Shown here piece by piece: positions 39,292-49,498 of a stretch of DNA of 64,000 nucleotides (position 1 is its first letter; each line of letters starts with the position of its first letter). Below the pieces are notes generated by a model, which did no database searches, was not told where the DNA came from, and saw nothing but the letters and a program-made list of their open reading frames with translations. Source of the stretch: Gammaproteobacteria bacterium (GTDB lineage Bacteria; Pseudomonadota; Gammaproteobacteria; BMS3Bbin11); NCBI GenBank assembly GCA_013150915.1, contig JAADJE010000084.1, positions 136 to 64,135 on the forward strand, read 5' to 3'. The position numbers and the translations under genes were made by a program.

Positions 39292-40935
39292 CTATCCATG
39301 ACGGTACGCTCTGGTACTTTCCACACGGCTGATTTCCTTGCTCACACGCGTCTTGCTCCAGCCAAGTTCAGCGGCCATGATGTTCGCGCATCGTTTGAGG
39401 GTCTCACGGACGGGAATACCGGTACTTCCCAGGCCCGTTCGTCTGTAGACCACATCTGGCAACGTGACCGCCATCTCTTCGCGAACCGCGTAGATGACCT
39501 CCGCAATAATCGTGTCGCGGTCAGTTCCGACGAGGTCTCGTAATCCACTCACATTTTTAGCACTTTCCAGCACATCACGGCCATGACAGCCATATCGATG
39601 GTACAGCCTCGAGTCGTAGACCCGCTCAGTCCCAATGCCTTCTTTCTCTGCACCGTACAAAACAGGCTCAACATCCGGTCTCGCTGCGCGGACATCCAGC
39701 CTGGCCAATACCCTGTCGATCACACCAATAACCACCTGCGGGGCAACCGTATACTTGATGCCCGTTACTGTAAACAGGCCCCGTGTGCCGGCGCTTGTTT
39801 CATGGTCGACAACTCTGGTGTGTTTGAGCAGGCGAGAGGCGGCATCGGTCGCTGGATCTGCACTGTTTGCCGGCAACAGGCCGACGTGGCAAAAGCCGAT
39901 ATCCTTCCTGCTTATGCCTGCACAGGGATACAGCATATTTATCTCATCAATGACAGCTTCCAGCTCCGGACGGCTAAGGTTTGTTGAATCATCACCTGGA
40001 CTAGCCGTCACATACTCTGTGCCTATCAGAGTCCCTCCCTTCCAGGGTACGAAAAAATAGAACCGCTTACCCCGGTTGATGACGGCATCCCTGTCAATGT
40101 GCCGGGTCGCACTGCTCAGCCCCACCGCCATATCGTCGAAGAGCGGGCGTTTGAGAAATACATTAAATGCCTTGACCCATGCCTGAGGCATATCACCGGG
40201 CTGCCGGCTTAAATCCGCATCCAGCGCAGCCGCCCCGGGGCCGGCTGCATTAATAACCATGCGAGACCGTACATTAATGGCTTTACCGTCCAGCTTGTCT
40301 CGGGCATGAACACCGGTTACTCGATTGCCATCCAGGGTGTAAGCTTCGGCTGTAACATAATTGGCCGCGACGGCTCCCTGCTGTACAGCAGTATGAATAA
40401 TGGCGAGCATCAACCGCTCTGTGTCCTCGATAAATCCATCCTGCCACTGGGCTGCGCCGGTTAACCCGTCCTGATCGATGCAGGGCGATATGGCCAGACA
40501 TTGTCGCCGCGAAATAATCCTGCCCGCAGGTATTCGCTTGCCAGTATCGACACCCCTGTTACGGTCTACGCTGATTAAGTCATTCAGCAGTAGTGCAGCA
40601 CGCATGATCCATTTACCTTGCATACCATAGCCATAAGTCGGCACTAGAAATCGTTGTGGTCGCACTAAATAGGGGGCAATGGTAAGCAATTGCCGTCGGG
40701 CACGGATCGACTCCCGCATTCGCACAAGGTTCAGGTGTTGCAAATAGCGGAGGCCGCCGTGAACAATTTTCTGACTGTTTGCAGACGTTGCGGACCCAAA
40801 ATCACCCTGCTCAATCAAGGCTACACTCAGTCCACGCATGGCGGCCTCACGCGCGAGAAATGCACCGTATATGCCGCTGCCGACAATCAGTACATCAAAG
40901 GTATTCTCAGCAAGCAGCCGGAGGTCACGCTTCAT
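39292..40935 (-). CDS. FAD-dependent glycerol-3-phosphate dehydrogenase/oxidase-like protein
   Basis: GSGIYG, TSANSQKIVHGGLRYL, NAAGP, GIKYT, C-terminal EMAVTLPDVVYRRT. Confidence 0.88.
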   Translation of the reverse strand: MKRDLRLLAENTFDVLIVGSGIYGAFLAREAAMRGLSVALIEQGDFGSATSANSQKIVHGGLRYLQHLNLVRMRESIRARRQLLTIAPYLVRPQRFLVPTYGYGMQGKWIMRAALLLNDLISVDRNRGVDTGKRIPAGRIISRRQCLAISPCIDQDGLTGAAQWQDGFIEDTERLMLAIIHTAVQQGAVAANYVTAEAYTLDGNRVTGVHARDKLDGKAINVRSRMVINAAGPGAAALDADLSRQPGDMPQAWVKAFNVFLKRPLFDDMAVGLSSATRHIDRDAVINRGKRFYFFVPWKGGTLIGTEYVTASPGDDSTNLSRPELEAVIDEINMLYPCAGISRKDIGFCHVGLLPANSADPATDAASRLLKHTRVVDHETSAGTRGLFTVTGIKYTVAPQVVIGVIDRVLARLDVRAARPDVEPVLYGAEKEGIGTERVYDSRLYHRYGCHGRDVLESAKNVSGLRDLVGTDRDTIIAEVIYAVREEMAVTLPDVVYRRTGLGSTGIPVRETLKRCANIMAAELGWSKTRVSKEISRVESTRAYRHG

Positions 40936-42088
40936 GCTTATCGGCTTCCAGTTGCCGGTAGACGCTCAGTAATTTATTCTTGAAGACGCCGTAGGTGTGA
41001 CGGCCTTCGGCAAGTTCCCGAGCGGCATGTCCCAGTGTTTCGCGCAGGCTGGCATCCTTACACAATATAGCCAGTCCAGCTGCAAAGGCTGCCGGTTCAC
41101 CTGCTACCAGCACTGCGGAGTTTTCGTCCAGAACCTGCGTATGTGAGGGTATATCTGTTGTAATAATAGCCTTGCCTGCTCCCATATAGGAGTAGATCTT
41201 CATTGGGGTATTGACACCCTTGATACGCGGCGAAATGAGGATGTCCGCTTGCTCAAGGTATAACATCAGATCGGCAACGGGTCTCGAACCGAGGAAAATG
41301 CACAGTGCCGACACCCCTGCCGTTTCCGCCATGTCTTTATATCGTTCAATGTCCTCATCATTGCCACCGATAAACACGACGCGCAGTGCATCACAATCGT
41401 CGAGTTCAGCCAACGAATGGATAAGCAGATCGATACCCTGATAATGTTCAAGGTTACCGACATACATCGCCACAACAGTATTGTCGGGGACCCGTTTGTG
41501 AATATCGTCAATCGGTTCACCGCTTGGCTGAAGATCCATTGCGACATCTTCCAGAACACACAGGGGTAGTTCGGGGGCATAATCCTGTACGCGGACGGCC
41601 AGTGCATCACAGACAGGCAACACGACATCTGAGCGTCTTATCGCCAGGCGTTCAAAACCGTACATCACTGGGGCCACAACACGCAGGAAAGACCACTTTT
41701 CGAGGAGCTGGTCAGGCATGGACGAATCCATATCATAGACGATTACCCGTTTACCCCTGGGAATAAACAATGTGAAAAATATACTTTCCTCGCCGGCGTG
41801 CAACACATCATACGACCCTTTCCTGAGCATGTTGAGTGTCTTGAAGAACAACAGTACATCGTATAGCAGCTTGCCGAAAGAGAACCCTATTGGTATCTTT
41901 TTGACGAAAGGCAGGGATCGGGTACGAAAAATTCGCAGCCCTTCAATTGCGACATCATCACCAGGATGAAAGGTCAGCATGTCAACCGAATGGCCAGCGC
42001 CACACAGAGCCCTGACCAACATACGGGTAGCAATGGGCGTACCACGCTCCTGATAAAAGGGTTGTGGTACGAGCAGTAAGATCTTCAT
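40925..42088 (-). CDS. GT4 glycosyltransferase
   Basis: YVGNLEHYQG, NTPMKIYSYMGAGKAI. Confidence 0.9.
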   Translation of the reverse strand: MKILLLVPQPFYQERGTPIATRMLVRALCGAGHSVDMLTFHPGDDVAIEGLRIFRTRSLPFVKKIPIGFSFGKLLYDVLLFFKTLNMLRKGSYDVLHAGEESIFFTLFIPRGKRVIVYDMDSSMPDQLLEKWSFLRVVAPVMYGFERLAIRRSDVVLPVCDALAVRVQDYAPELPLCVLEDVAMDLQPSGEPIDDIHKRVPDNTVVAMYVGNLEHYQGIDLLIHSLAELDDCDALRVVFIGGNDEDIERYKDMAETAGVSALCIFLGSRPVADLMLYLEQADILISPRIKGVNTPMKIYSYMGAGKAIITTDIPSHTQVLDENSAVLVAGEPAAFAAGLAILCKDASLRETLGHAARELAEGRHTYGVFKNKLLSVYRQLEADKHEA

Positions 42089-42098
42089 CGTTGTGGTT

Positions 42099-42821
42099 TC
42101 ACTGCTTCTGAATAACTCTGTCTGCACGGAGAACGACGGGCGAACCAAACAGGGAGGTAATGCCGGTGATCAGAAACAACTTTTCTAATACCTGAAGAAA
42201 CTTTGCACCATTCAATCCACGGTGCAAAAACATAGGTAGCATGAACTGGGAAATATGCGCAGTAATTTTGTATCCATGCTTTGCCAGCTCAGCTTTCAAT
42301 TGACGTTTTGAAAAACTCAAGTAGGTTCGGGTGTTCTTTTCAATACCTTTTTTCAAACCAAACATTAGTGGCGTTAGTGCATTTGCACTAAACAAACTCG
42401 GGTAATCGAATACCACGGTCTGTCTGGATATACGGCAGGATTCTGCAATTAGTGCAGGCCAATTGTCGATGTGCGAGATGAGTCGAACGAAAATTACCAG
42501 ATCGACAGACTGGTCTGCAAACGGTAATTCAAGCATATCGCCTGTCACCTTATGCAGTTCAGCTTCAGGATGACGTTGGCCAAGCATTTTGTGGCAGCTG
42601 GCATCACTCCCGTACTCGATGATGTCACAGCCTGTCTGTTCGAGTACAGGGATCAACTGCCCATGGCCACCGCCAAGATCGATGACAGTCCCCTTACAAT
42701 CTCTGCCAAGAACACGCTCTACAGCTGAATTTTGAGTATCCAGAAAATACACGCCAGCCGCCCCGGAAAAGCGGCTGGCGTAATCATCAGATGCCGTTTC
42801 TATATCAGGGGTTTCACGCAT
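42099..42821 (-). CDS. Class I SAM-dependent methyltransferase
   Basis: VIDLGGGHG motif I, LPFADQSVD. Confidence 0.85.
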   Translation of the reverse strand: MRETPDIETASDDYASRFSGAAGVYFLDTQNSAVERVLGRDCKGTVIDLGGGHGQLIPVLEQTGCDIIEYGSDASCHKMLGQRHPEAELHKVTGDMLELPFADQSVDLVIFVRLISHIDNWPALIAESCRISRQTVVFDYPSLFSANALTPLMFGLKKGIEKNTRTYLSFSKRQLKAELAKHGYKITAHISQFMLPMFLHRGLNGAKFLQVLEKLFLITGITSLFGSPVVLRADRVIQKQ

Positions 42822-42888
42822 TCTTGATCATGTCCTTAAATTCCACAGATCTTTACACAATACATTATTGTACTACGACAGAAGCGGC

Positions 42889-43707
42889 CTATGTTCTGAT
42901 TGCGCGCTGCCGGGAAAGGAACTGCCAGACTCCCTGCGGCCGGCCAAAGCGGGTCATTACAAGCTGCTGATTTTTGAGTATGATGCGCATCGAACGAGAC
43001 GGCCTTTCCGGATCCCAGGGTGCAATAGTAGAAAAACCGAAGCTCCCGGTACGGCATGCTTCGGTGGATATGGGCAGAGGATCTGTCCCTGCAATAACGC
43101 GTGGGCCCGAGTTGAATAACCCTGATCTGGGCCACACCCACGGGCGGATGCCAGAATCACTGAGCAATACACCTGCCTGCACAAACTGGCGGCTCATGGA
43201 AGTCAGAACCTTGCCACGCCGTCCCAGCCATTTGCCTGTCCCCCATGGCACGGCAGCTACTCCCCCGCTACGATTTATTGCCTCGATCAGTTCCAGCAGA
43301 GGCCTGCCTTCATCAAATAATGCATCCGTCGCCAACGCATGTACCTCAAGGCCCTCATGGCTGACTATTTGCCTGCCCGCAATAACATATAACACTTTTC
43401 CTGAGCGATTCCTCAGACTAACAGAGCCCGTTTCTTCCGTTGCATGGCTATACCAGCTCTCGCTCCCTGTACATATTGGCTGTGCCAGGTCTTCGCTGGC
43501 ATCCAGCAGTCGTAGAAAGCCCTTCTCACCGGGGGTTTCTGTCAGAAGCAGGACTTTAACAGAGATCTCATTATCCATCGCGGCCTCTGTCGTAGGTGAC
43601 AGGTTGGCATACGCAGAACCAAAAAAGGTACAGGGATCGAAACAATCGTAAAAATGCACATGGGCGTCGACAAACAGCCTTGTCTCTCTCATCGTCGGTT
43701 CGTTCAT
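42889..43707 (-). CDS. PHP-domain-like putative metallo-phosphoesterase
   Basis: FVDAHVH N-terminal motif, LEVHAL, AGTD near the C-terminus. Confidence 0.6.
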   Translation of the reverse strand: MNEPTMRETRLFVDAHVHFYDCFDPCTFFGSAYANLSPTTEAAMDNEISVKVLLLTETPGEKGFLRLLDASEDLAQPICTGSESWYSHATEETGSVSLRNRSGKVLYVIAGRQIVSHEGLEVHALATDALFDEGRPLLELIEAINRSGGVAAVPWGTGKWLGRRGKVLTSMSRQFVQAGVLLSDSGIRPWVWPRSGLFNSGPRVIAGTDPLPISTEACRTGSFGFSTIAPWDPERPSRSMRIILKNQQLVMTRFGRPQGVWQFLSRQRAIRT

Positions 43708-43805
43708 AGCTTTTATTAACCCTGCTGGGATACGCCGCCCAAGTGCCTATCACAGCACCTTTAAACACCGCTTACGATCAACCCCAACGGCGCACACTTG
43801 ATCCT

Positions 43806-44348
43806 TTACGGTACAGGTATAAAAACAATCCTGTGCCACTTGGCATAGGCGCCATTACCACTACAGGCAAATTGTTCTTTTCCATAAAATTGTATGACAT
43901 CACCGGTATTGACCTGATGGATGCCTGCGTCAAAATCCACGTCTATATCGGGACATACCGACCGCCAGTCTTTAGGGCAACTGCACCCTAAAGAACTGGA
44001 CACAGGATATGTTCCTGATTTCACAACGACACCATTTATTGACACACTATAAGGCGGTCGGCCATCAAACTCCGTTTGAACCGTTAGTGTTAATCTGTAC
44101 TTACCCGAAACGCCTGGAAATTTAGCTTGACAGGTGCCGCTTCCAGAATACGCTTTCAACCCGAGGGCGCCGTCCCGGTTTGTCCAGTTGCTGGTACAGG
44201 AAAAATCTTTAAACGCGCCCAATGTGACTGCCGTGGCAACCGCTCCACCTCCACTGCTGGTCGTTTCTACCTCGGTACTGCTGTTGCATGCCGATAATAT
44301 TCCCAGCAACGCCCCGGCCACAAGAACCATAAATACCTTTCGCATCAA
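43806..44348 (-). CDS. Cys-rich lipoprotein, beta-sandwich (CBM-like)
   Basis: Lipobox ILSA-C, Ser/Gly linker, 6 further Cys. Confidence 0.7.
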   Translation of the reverse strand: MMRKVFMVLVAGALLGILSACNSSTEVETTSSGGGAVATAVTLGAFKDFSCTSNWTNRDGALGLKAYSGSGTCQAKFPGVSGKYRLTLTVQTEFDGRPPYSVSINGVVVKSGTYPVSSSLGCSCPKDWRSVCPDIDVDFDAGIHQVNTGDVIQFYGKEQFACSGNGAYAKWHRIVFIPVP

Positions 44349-44524
44349 CTCAACCCCTGTAATCTCATGTTAAAAGGGCCGAGTATAGACACAATTTTCC
44401 CCGCAATCCATTTGGCATTGACCAGGCACCTGTTCTCTCTCTTCCCTGAGTGATGAGAAATGAAGGTATTGTTTAAGGGGGTCCCAAAGGCGACCTGTAG
44501 ACAAAAATGTGCTCAAGCGAACAC

Positions 44525-45883
44525 TTAGTGCAATAGCACCAGTTCTTCAGAGGCCGTTGGATGAATAGCCACCGTACCGTCCAGGTCTGATTTACAGGCG
44601 CCCATTTTGATTGCCACGGCGAAACCCTGCATCATTTCATCGGCACCTTCGCCAATGACATGGATACCGACAACTTTTTCTCTGGCGCCGACTGTAATCA
44701 TTTTTATTGATGATCGTTTCTTATGGTTCGACAGGGCATGAACTATATTCGTATAGCGTGACTGGTGGACTTTTACCTCACCATAGTATTCGCGCGCTTC
44801 GCCTTCAGTCATGCCAACCGTGCCGATAGGCGGGTGACTGAAGATCACACTGGGAATGTTATTGTAATCGAGTTTTGCCTTCGGCTGATTATTAAACAAG
44901 CGCTCCGCAAGGTGACGCCCGGCGGCAATAGCCACCGGGGTCAGGGCCGCTCTACCGGTAATATCGCCCACCGCATAAATGCCTTGAATAGACGTATTCT
45001 GGTACTCGTCAGTTTCTATAAAGCCCTCTTTTGTCACCTCCAAACCAACAGTATCCAGACCAATATTCTCCGTGTTGGGGCGACGTCCTATGGCCCATAT
45101 AAGGCAATTATTATCCGAGATTTTCTGATTATTACTGCTTACAATTTCAATCAGACCATTGGCCGACTTTTCTACACAACTGACCTGTGTGCTGCCAAGG
45201 ATGTTAACCCCGTTATTCAACATCTCTTCCATCAAACATTCCCGCAGACTGGCATCAAAATTCCGTAAAAAAATCTCTTTGCGCAGCATCATCGTTACCC
45301 TGCTACCGAGCATATTCAAGACACCGGCAAGCTCGACGGCGATATAACCTGCACCGATGACGACGACACGTTTCGGTAAATCTTCAAGCTCAAAAAATCC
45401 GTCACTGGTAATTCCGTACTCAGCCCCCGGGATGTCCGGCACGACCGGTCTGCCGCCGGTCGCAATCAGTATATGTTTTCCTTCAATTAACTGTTTTTCA
45501 TTTTCACAAATGACTTCGATCCTGCCTGTGTCAACAAGGCGCCCGTGCCCCTGAAAAATTTTTATATTATCCAGATCAAGATTGCGCTGATAAATACCGT
45601 TCAGGCGGGCTATATACGCATCACGTTTTTTCTTCATCAGCGACCAGTCATAGCCGTGGCGCGTGATATCGAAGCCATAATCTGCCGCCATCTCCAGACC
45701 ATGTGCCAGTGCCGCAGCGTTCCACATTACCTTTTTGGGCACGCAGCCGACATTGACACAAGTGCCGCCGAGTCGCCCACTTTCAATAATAGCAACGCGG
45801 GCGCCATAAGATGCGGCCCGCCTGGCGGTTGCAATGCCACCGCTTCCGGCGCCAAGGACGAGCAAGTCATATCTCTCTTTCAT
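44525..45883 (-). CDS. gor: Glutathione-disulfide reductase
   Basis: [38 protein letters not shown]. Confidence 0.96.
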   Translation of the reverse strand: MKERYDLLVLGAGSGGIATARRAASYGARVAIIESGRLGGTCVNVGCVPKKVMWNAAALAHGLEMAADYGFDITRHGYDWSLMKKKRDAYIARLNGIYQRNLDLDNIKIFQGHGRLVDTGRIEVICENEKQLIEGKHILIATGGRPVVPDIPGAEYGITSDGFFELEDLPKRVVVIGAGYIAVELAGVLNMLGSRVTMMLRKEIFLRNFDASLRECLMEEMLNNGVNILGSTQVSCVEKSANGLIEIVSSNNQKISDNNCLIWAIGRRPNTENIGLDTVGLEVTKEGFIETDEYQNTSIQGIYAVGDITGRAALTPVAIAAGRHLAERLFNNQPKAKLDYNNIPSVIFSHPPIGTVGMTEGEAREYYGEVKVHQSRYTNIVHALSNHKKRSSIKMITVGAREKVVGIHVIGEGADEMMQGFAVAIKMGACKSDLDGTVAIHPTASEELVLLH

Positions 45884-46090
45884 TGTGTCTACTTCATTTG
45901 TGGTGAGTAATAAATAGTCTTAGATGGCCGCCATTACGAGGAATGAAGCAAGCTCCTGCTGACCGTTTTAACCTCTCGAGATTACCACGCTATGTTCACA
46001 CAGGCGACATCCTGGTTTTTCCAGACTACGATTCACAGTATTATCAACTGTTAGCTGATACAGTAAAACCTTTATTTACTGCACCGAAGC

Positions 46091-46257
46091 TTAAGGAACC
46101 TCTGATTGATTCTGGACGAAGTAGATTGCGATCTAAAATATTCAGGTTTGAGGCGCAAATCGCACGTAATAGCGAGCTATTGCGAAGGTTTGCAACGAAA
46201 AAACTGAGTATTTTAGGCGTAAGATACGCGTTCATGAATTGATCAGAGGTTCCTTAA
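46091..46257. mobile_element. MITE-like palindromic element, copy 2
   Basis: Perfect 16-nt terminal IR TTAAGGAACCTCTGAT / ATCAGAGGTTCCTTAA; central hairpin CGTAATAGC-ga-GCTATTGCG; core homologous (inverted) to copy 1. Confidence 0.82.
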
Positions 46258-46283
46258 ATAACCGACACCCAGAGGTCTCCACT

Positions 46284-48314
46284 TTGGCAAAAGATAACCC
46301 CCTATTGATGCCACACGATATGCCGCCATTTTCTTCAATTAAGGCAAAGCATATCCGTCCTGCACTTGAATCTATCATCGCTGACAACCAGCGAACCATT
46401 GATGCCCTGGTAAAAATAGAGGACCCTGACTGGGATATTTTTATCCAGCCACTCGAAGAACTTGATGAACGTCTGTCAAAAATGTGGGATACCGTCTCTC
46501 TCCTGAACGCAGTACTGGATGATGAAGTATTCAGGGAGAACTATCGGCTATGCCTGCCAATCCTCTCCGACTATACCACCCGTCTGACACAGAATAAGCA
46601 ACTTTACCGGCGGTACCAATCCGTACGGGACAGTTCCTCTTTTGCTGATTTTGATCTGGCACAGCAGACACTGATAGAAAATGCACTTCGTGACTTTCGG
46701 CTCTCCGGTGTTGCACTGCCTGAGGCTAAAAAAGAAAGCTTCAGGGCAATACAGTCTGAACTCTCAATATTGAGTAACCGTTTTGAAAAAAACGTGCTTG
46801 ATGCAACGGACCACTGGTTCCTGCACATCCTTGATGAGAAAAAACTCTCCGGTCTTCCCGACACAGCGATTAGCCTTGCCAGAGAACAGGCCACTCATAA
46901 AGCACTTGATGGTTGGGTATTCAGCCTGCAGGCGCCGTACTATATTCCCTTTATTATGTTTGCCGATGATCGTGTCCTACGCCGACAGATGTATGAGGCC
47001 CATGTTACACGTGCCAGTGATGCAGGACCAGATGCCGGTCGCTGGGATAATTCTACAATTATTGACAATATACTTAAGCTGCGGCGGGAAAAAGCGGCTT
47101 TACTGGGCTTTGATGATTATGTCGATTATGCGCTACAGACACGTATGGCCGAAAATAGTCATACGGTAAGCGCGTTTCTCTCGCAGCTTTCAGCTGCCGC
47201 CAAACCCGCGGCTCAACGGGAACTTCTTGAGCTAAGTGCCTTTGCCTCGCAGGAGGGAATTTCGGAACTTCAGGCCTGGGATCTGCCCTATTACAGTGAA
47301 AAACTGCGCCAACGGCTTTATGACATCTCGCAGGAGGATGTGCGCCCCTGGTTTCCACTGGATAGCGTTCTGCATGGACTTTTTGAGGTCATTAATCGTC
47401 TTTTTGGGCTCACCGTCAAACGAAACAATAATGTCGAAATATGGCACACAGATGTGCGTTACTACGAGATTTGTGACAACGCAGGGGCGGTACGCGGGCG
47501 TTTTTTTCTTGATCTTTTCGCTCGCAAAGGAAAGCGCGGCGGGGCCTGGATGGGTGACGGCATTAGCTACAAAAAAACATCTAAAGGGGTACAGAAACCC
47601 CTTGCCTGGCTGGTAACAAACTTCAGCCCGCCAGCGCCAGACAAGCCATCGCTGTTAAGCCATGATGAAGTCATCACCCTGTTCCATGAATTTGGCCATG
47701 GTCTGCATCATCTGCTGACGCGCGTTGCCTATCCGGCCGTCTCCGGGATCAATGGCGTCCCCTGGGATGCGGTTGAATTACCCAGCCAGATGATGGAAAA
47801 CTGGGCCTGGCAAAATGAAGTATTGAAAATGATTTCTGGTCATTTCGAAACAGGTGAACCGCTGCCTGTAAAAATGGTCACCCGCCTAAATGAGACAAAA
47901 ATTTTCCAGGCCGGGATGTTGTTGCTGCGCCAGCTTGAATTCGCCCTGTTTGATTTGACTATCCATCAGGGAACGGTTTCTGTAGACGTACAGCAGACTC
48001 TCGATCAGGTTCGTGCTGAGGTTTGCGTCTTTATCCCGCCTGAGTTCAATCGCTTTCAAAATAGTTTCTCTCACATATTTTCTGGCGGTTATGCCTCTGG
48101 CTACTATAGCTATAGCTGGGCAGAAGTGCTTTCAGCTGATGCCTTCAGCCTGTTTGAGGAAAAAGGAATATTTGACTCAGATACGGCCCTGTCTTTCCTT
48201 AAAAATATATTGGAAAAAGGCGGTAGTCAGGATACTCTGACATTGTTCAGGGCCTTTCGCGGTCGTGACCCTGTGATTGATGCACTTTTGCGACACCGGG
48301 GGCTAACGGCCTAA
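46284..48314 (+). CDS. prlC: Oligopeptidase A (M3 family)
   Basis: NPLL, KRGGAWM, FHEFGHGLHH, WDAVELPSQ, GYYSYSWAEVL; TTG start after GAGG. Confidence 0.95.
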   Translation: MAKDNPLLMPHDMPPFSSIKAKHIRPALESIIADNQRTIDALVKIEDPDWDIFIQPLEELDERLSKMWDTVSLLNAVLDDEVFRENYRLCLPILSDYTTRLTQNKQLYRRYQSVRDSSSFADFDLAQQTLIENALRDFRLSGVALPEAKKESFRAIQSELSILSNRFEKNVLDATDHWFLHILDEKKLSGLPDTAISLAREQATHKALDGWVFSLQAPYYIPFIMFADDRVLRRQMYEAHVTRASDAGPDAGRWDNSTIIDNILKLRREKAALLGFDDYVDYALQTRMAENSHTVSAFLSQLSAAAKPAAQRELLELSAFASQEGISELQAWDLPYYSEKLRQRLYDISQEDVRPWFPLDSVLHGLFEVINRLFGLTVKRNNNVEIWHTDVRYYEICDNAGAVRGRFFLDLFARKGKRGGAWMGDGISYKKTSKGVQKPLAWLVTNFSPPAPDKPSLLSHDEVITLFHEFGHGLHHLLTRVAYPAVSGINGVPWDAVELPSQMMENWAWQNEVLKMISGHFETGEPLPVKMVTRLNETKIFQAGMLLLRQLEFALFDLTIHQGTVSVDVQQTLDQVRAEVCVFIPPEFNRFQNSFSHIFSGGYASGYYSYSWAEVLSADAFSLFEEKGIFDSDTALSFLKNILEKGGSQDTLTLFRAFRGRDPVIDALLRHRGLTA

Positions 48315-48430
48315 TGTAAACCACCCTGTAAGCAAGAGATATGGCATAATCGGCCAAAGGCAACCTGGAATTAGCTGCTGATCAATTCTGTGCATACAGA
48401 CAGGGTGCCTCCATTAAATAGAACGTGCCA

Positions 48431-48513
48431 TCACGGTGAGCGAAGCGCGGCAATCTCTTTGCTTGAAATCAGTCAGTTAGACATTGCTTCGTCACGACGT
48501 TCCTCGCCATGAC
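48431..48513. repeat. Palindromic element of the GCGAGCGAAGCG.GGCAATCT / AGATTGCTTCG..CTCGCAATGAC type with central IHF-like site
   Basis: GAGCGAAGCGCGGCAATCT pairs imperfectly with ACATTGCTTCGTCACGACGTTCCTCGCCATGAC; AATCAGTCAGTTA at 48467-48479. Confidence 0.6.
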
Positions 48514-48574
48514 AACGCAAAGAGGAGTCCAAAAAAAGGCCTGTCTGGTCTATCCATTTCTGGAGAATTATTAT

Positions 48575-49498
48575 ATGCAAACGTGCAAAGTAGCACTCAT
48601 ACAATTACTGACCGGAATTTTCGTCGTCCTTTTTCTGGTGTTTCTAAATTACAATTTTCTGCATGAATTTTATATTGAAAACCAGGAAACACTTGCCGGC
48701 CCTATCATCAATGGTTTCATACTTGTTCTGTTCTTTTCCGGGCTAATACGAATTATCCAGGGTTATCGTTTTTATTCACGTGAAGAGGCTGCCTTAAAAA
48801 AATTTCGCAAGAACCTGACCCGTGATATTGATGAACTGGATGAAGGAATCTCCAGCCAGAGCATAATCGCACAGAGGTACCAGCGCGTCAGAGAGCTGCA
48901 GAAAGCGGGCACAAATGTAGACCAAAATGCACTGGCCGCCACTTTAATTGCACAACAAAGCCTGAGAACCAGTTATCCCATTTTCATTAATAATATTCTT
49001 ATTCTGGCAGGGGTATTCGGCACTATTATCTCTCTGTCGATTTCACTGGTCGGTGCCAATGAAATGATTTCCAGTGGTGGTAGCATCACTGGCATGACCA
49101 CGGTTATACATGGCATGTCTACAGCATTATCTACCACCATGACGGCCATTTTCTGCTATGTGTTTTTCCATTTTTTCTATAGCAAGCTGACAGATATCCA
49201 GACAAACATTCTAAGCCAGATCGAAGAAATCACTCAAAGCCTGCTAGACGGTCACAATGTTACCGAATCAGATGTTTTGAGAAATACAGATAATATTCTT
49301 CAGCAGTTGCAATCATTGATTACCGAAATGAAAAACACCCAGGTGGAAAATAGCCATGCCGCCATACAGCTTGCAAACGTTATTAAAATTTCCCAGCAAA
49401 ACAATGGCAGTATTAATCACCATATGGACAGACTGGAAACCTTGCTACGCGACGGCTTTCGTTTACCGAAATTAAAGGGACCCTCTGATAATTCATGA
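48575..49498 (+). CDS. MotA/TolQ/ExbB proton-channel family protein
   Basis: Four TM segments; LAGVFGTIISL and GMSTALSTT motifs; C-terminal coiled coil; SD GGAG before ATG 48575. Confidence 0.75.
   Translation: MQTCKVALIQLLTGIFVVLFLVFLNYNFLHEFYIENQETLAGPIINGFILVLFFSGLIRIIQGYRFYSREEAALKKFRKNLTRDIDELDEGISSQSIIAQRYQRVRELQKAGTNVDQNALAATLIAQQSLRTSYPIFINNILILAGVFGTIISLSISLVGANEMISSGGSITGMTTVIHGMSTALSTTMTAIFCYVFFHFFYSKLTDIQTNILSQIEEITQSLLDGHNVTESDVLRNTDNILQQLQSLITEMKNTQVENSHAAIQLANVIKISQQNNGSINHHMDRLETLLRDGFRLPKLKGPSDNS

Noticed and set aside
42974-43651. 225-aa plus-strand ORF
   Set aside because: Antisense shadow of the PHP-like gene with Ser/Pro/Arg-rich non-coding composition
45943-46242. 99-aa and 63-aa ORFs between gor and prlC
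   Set aside because: They run through palindromic MITE copy 2; no protein motifs
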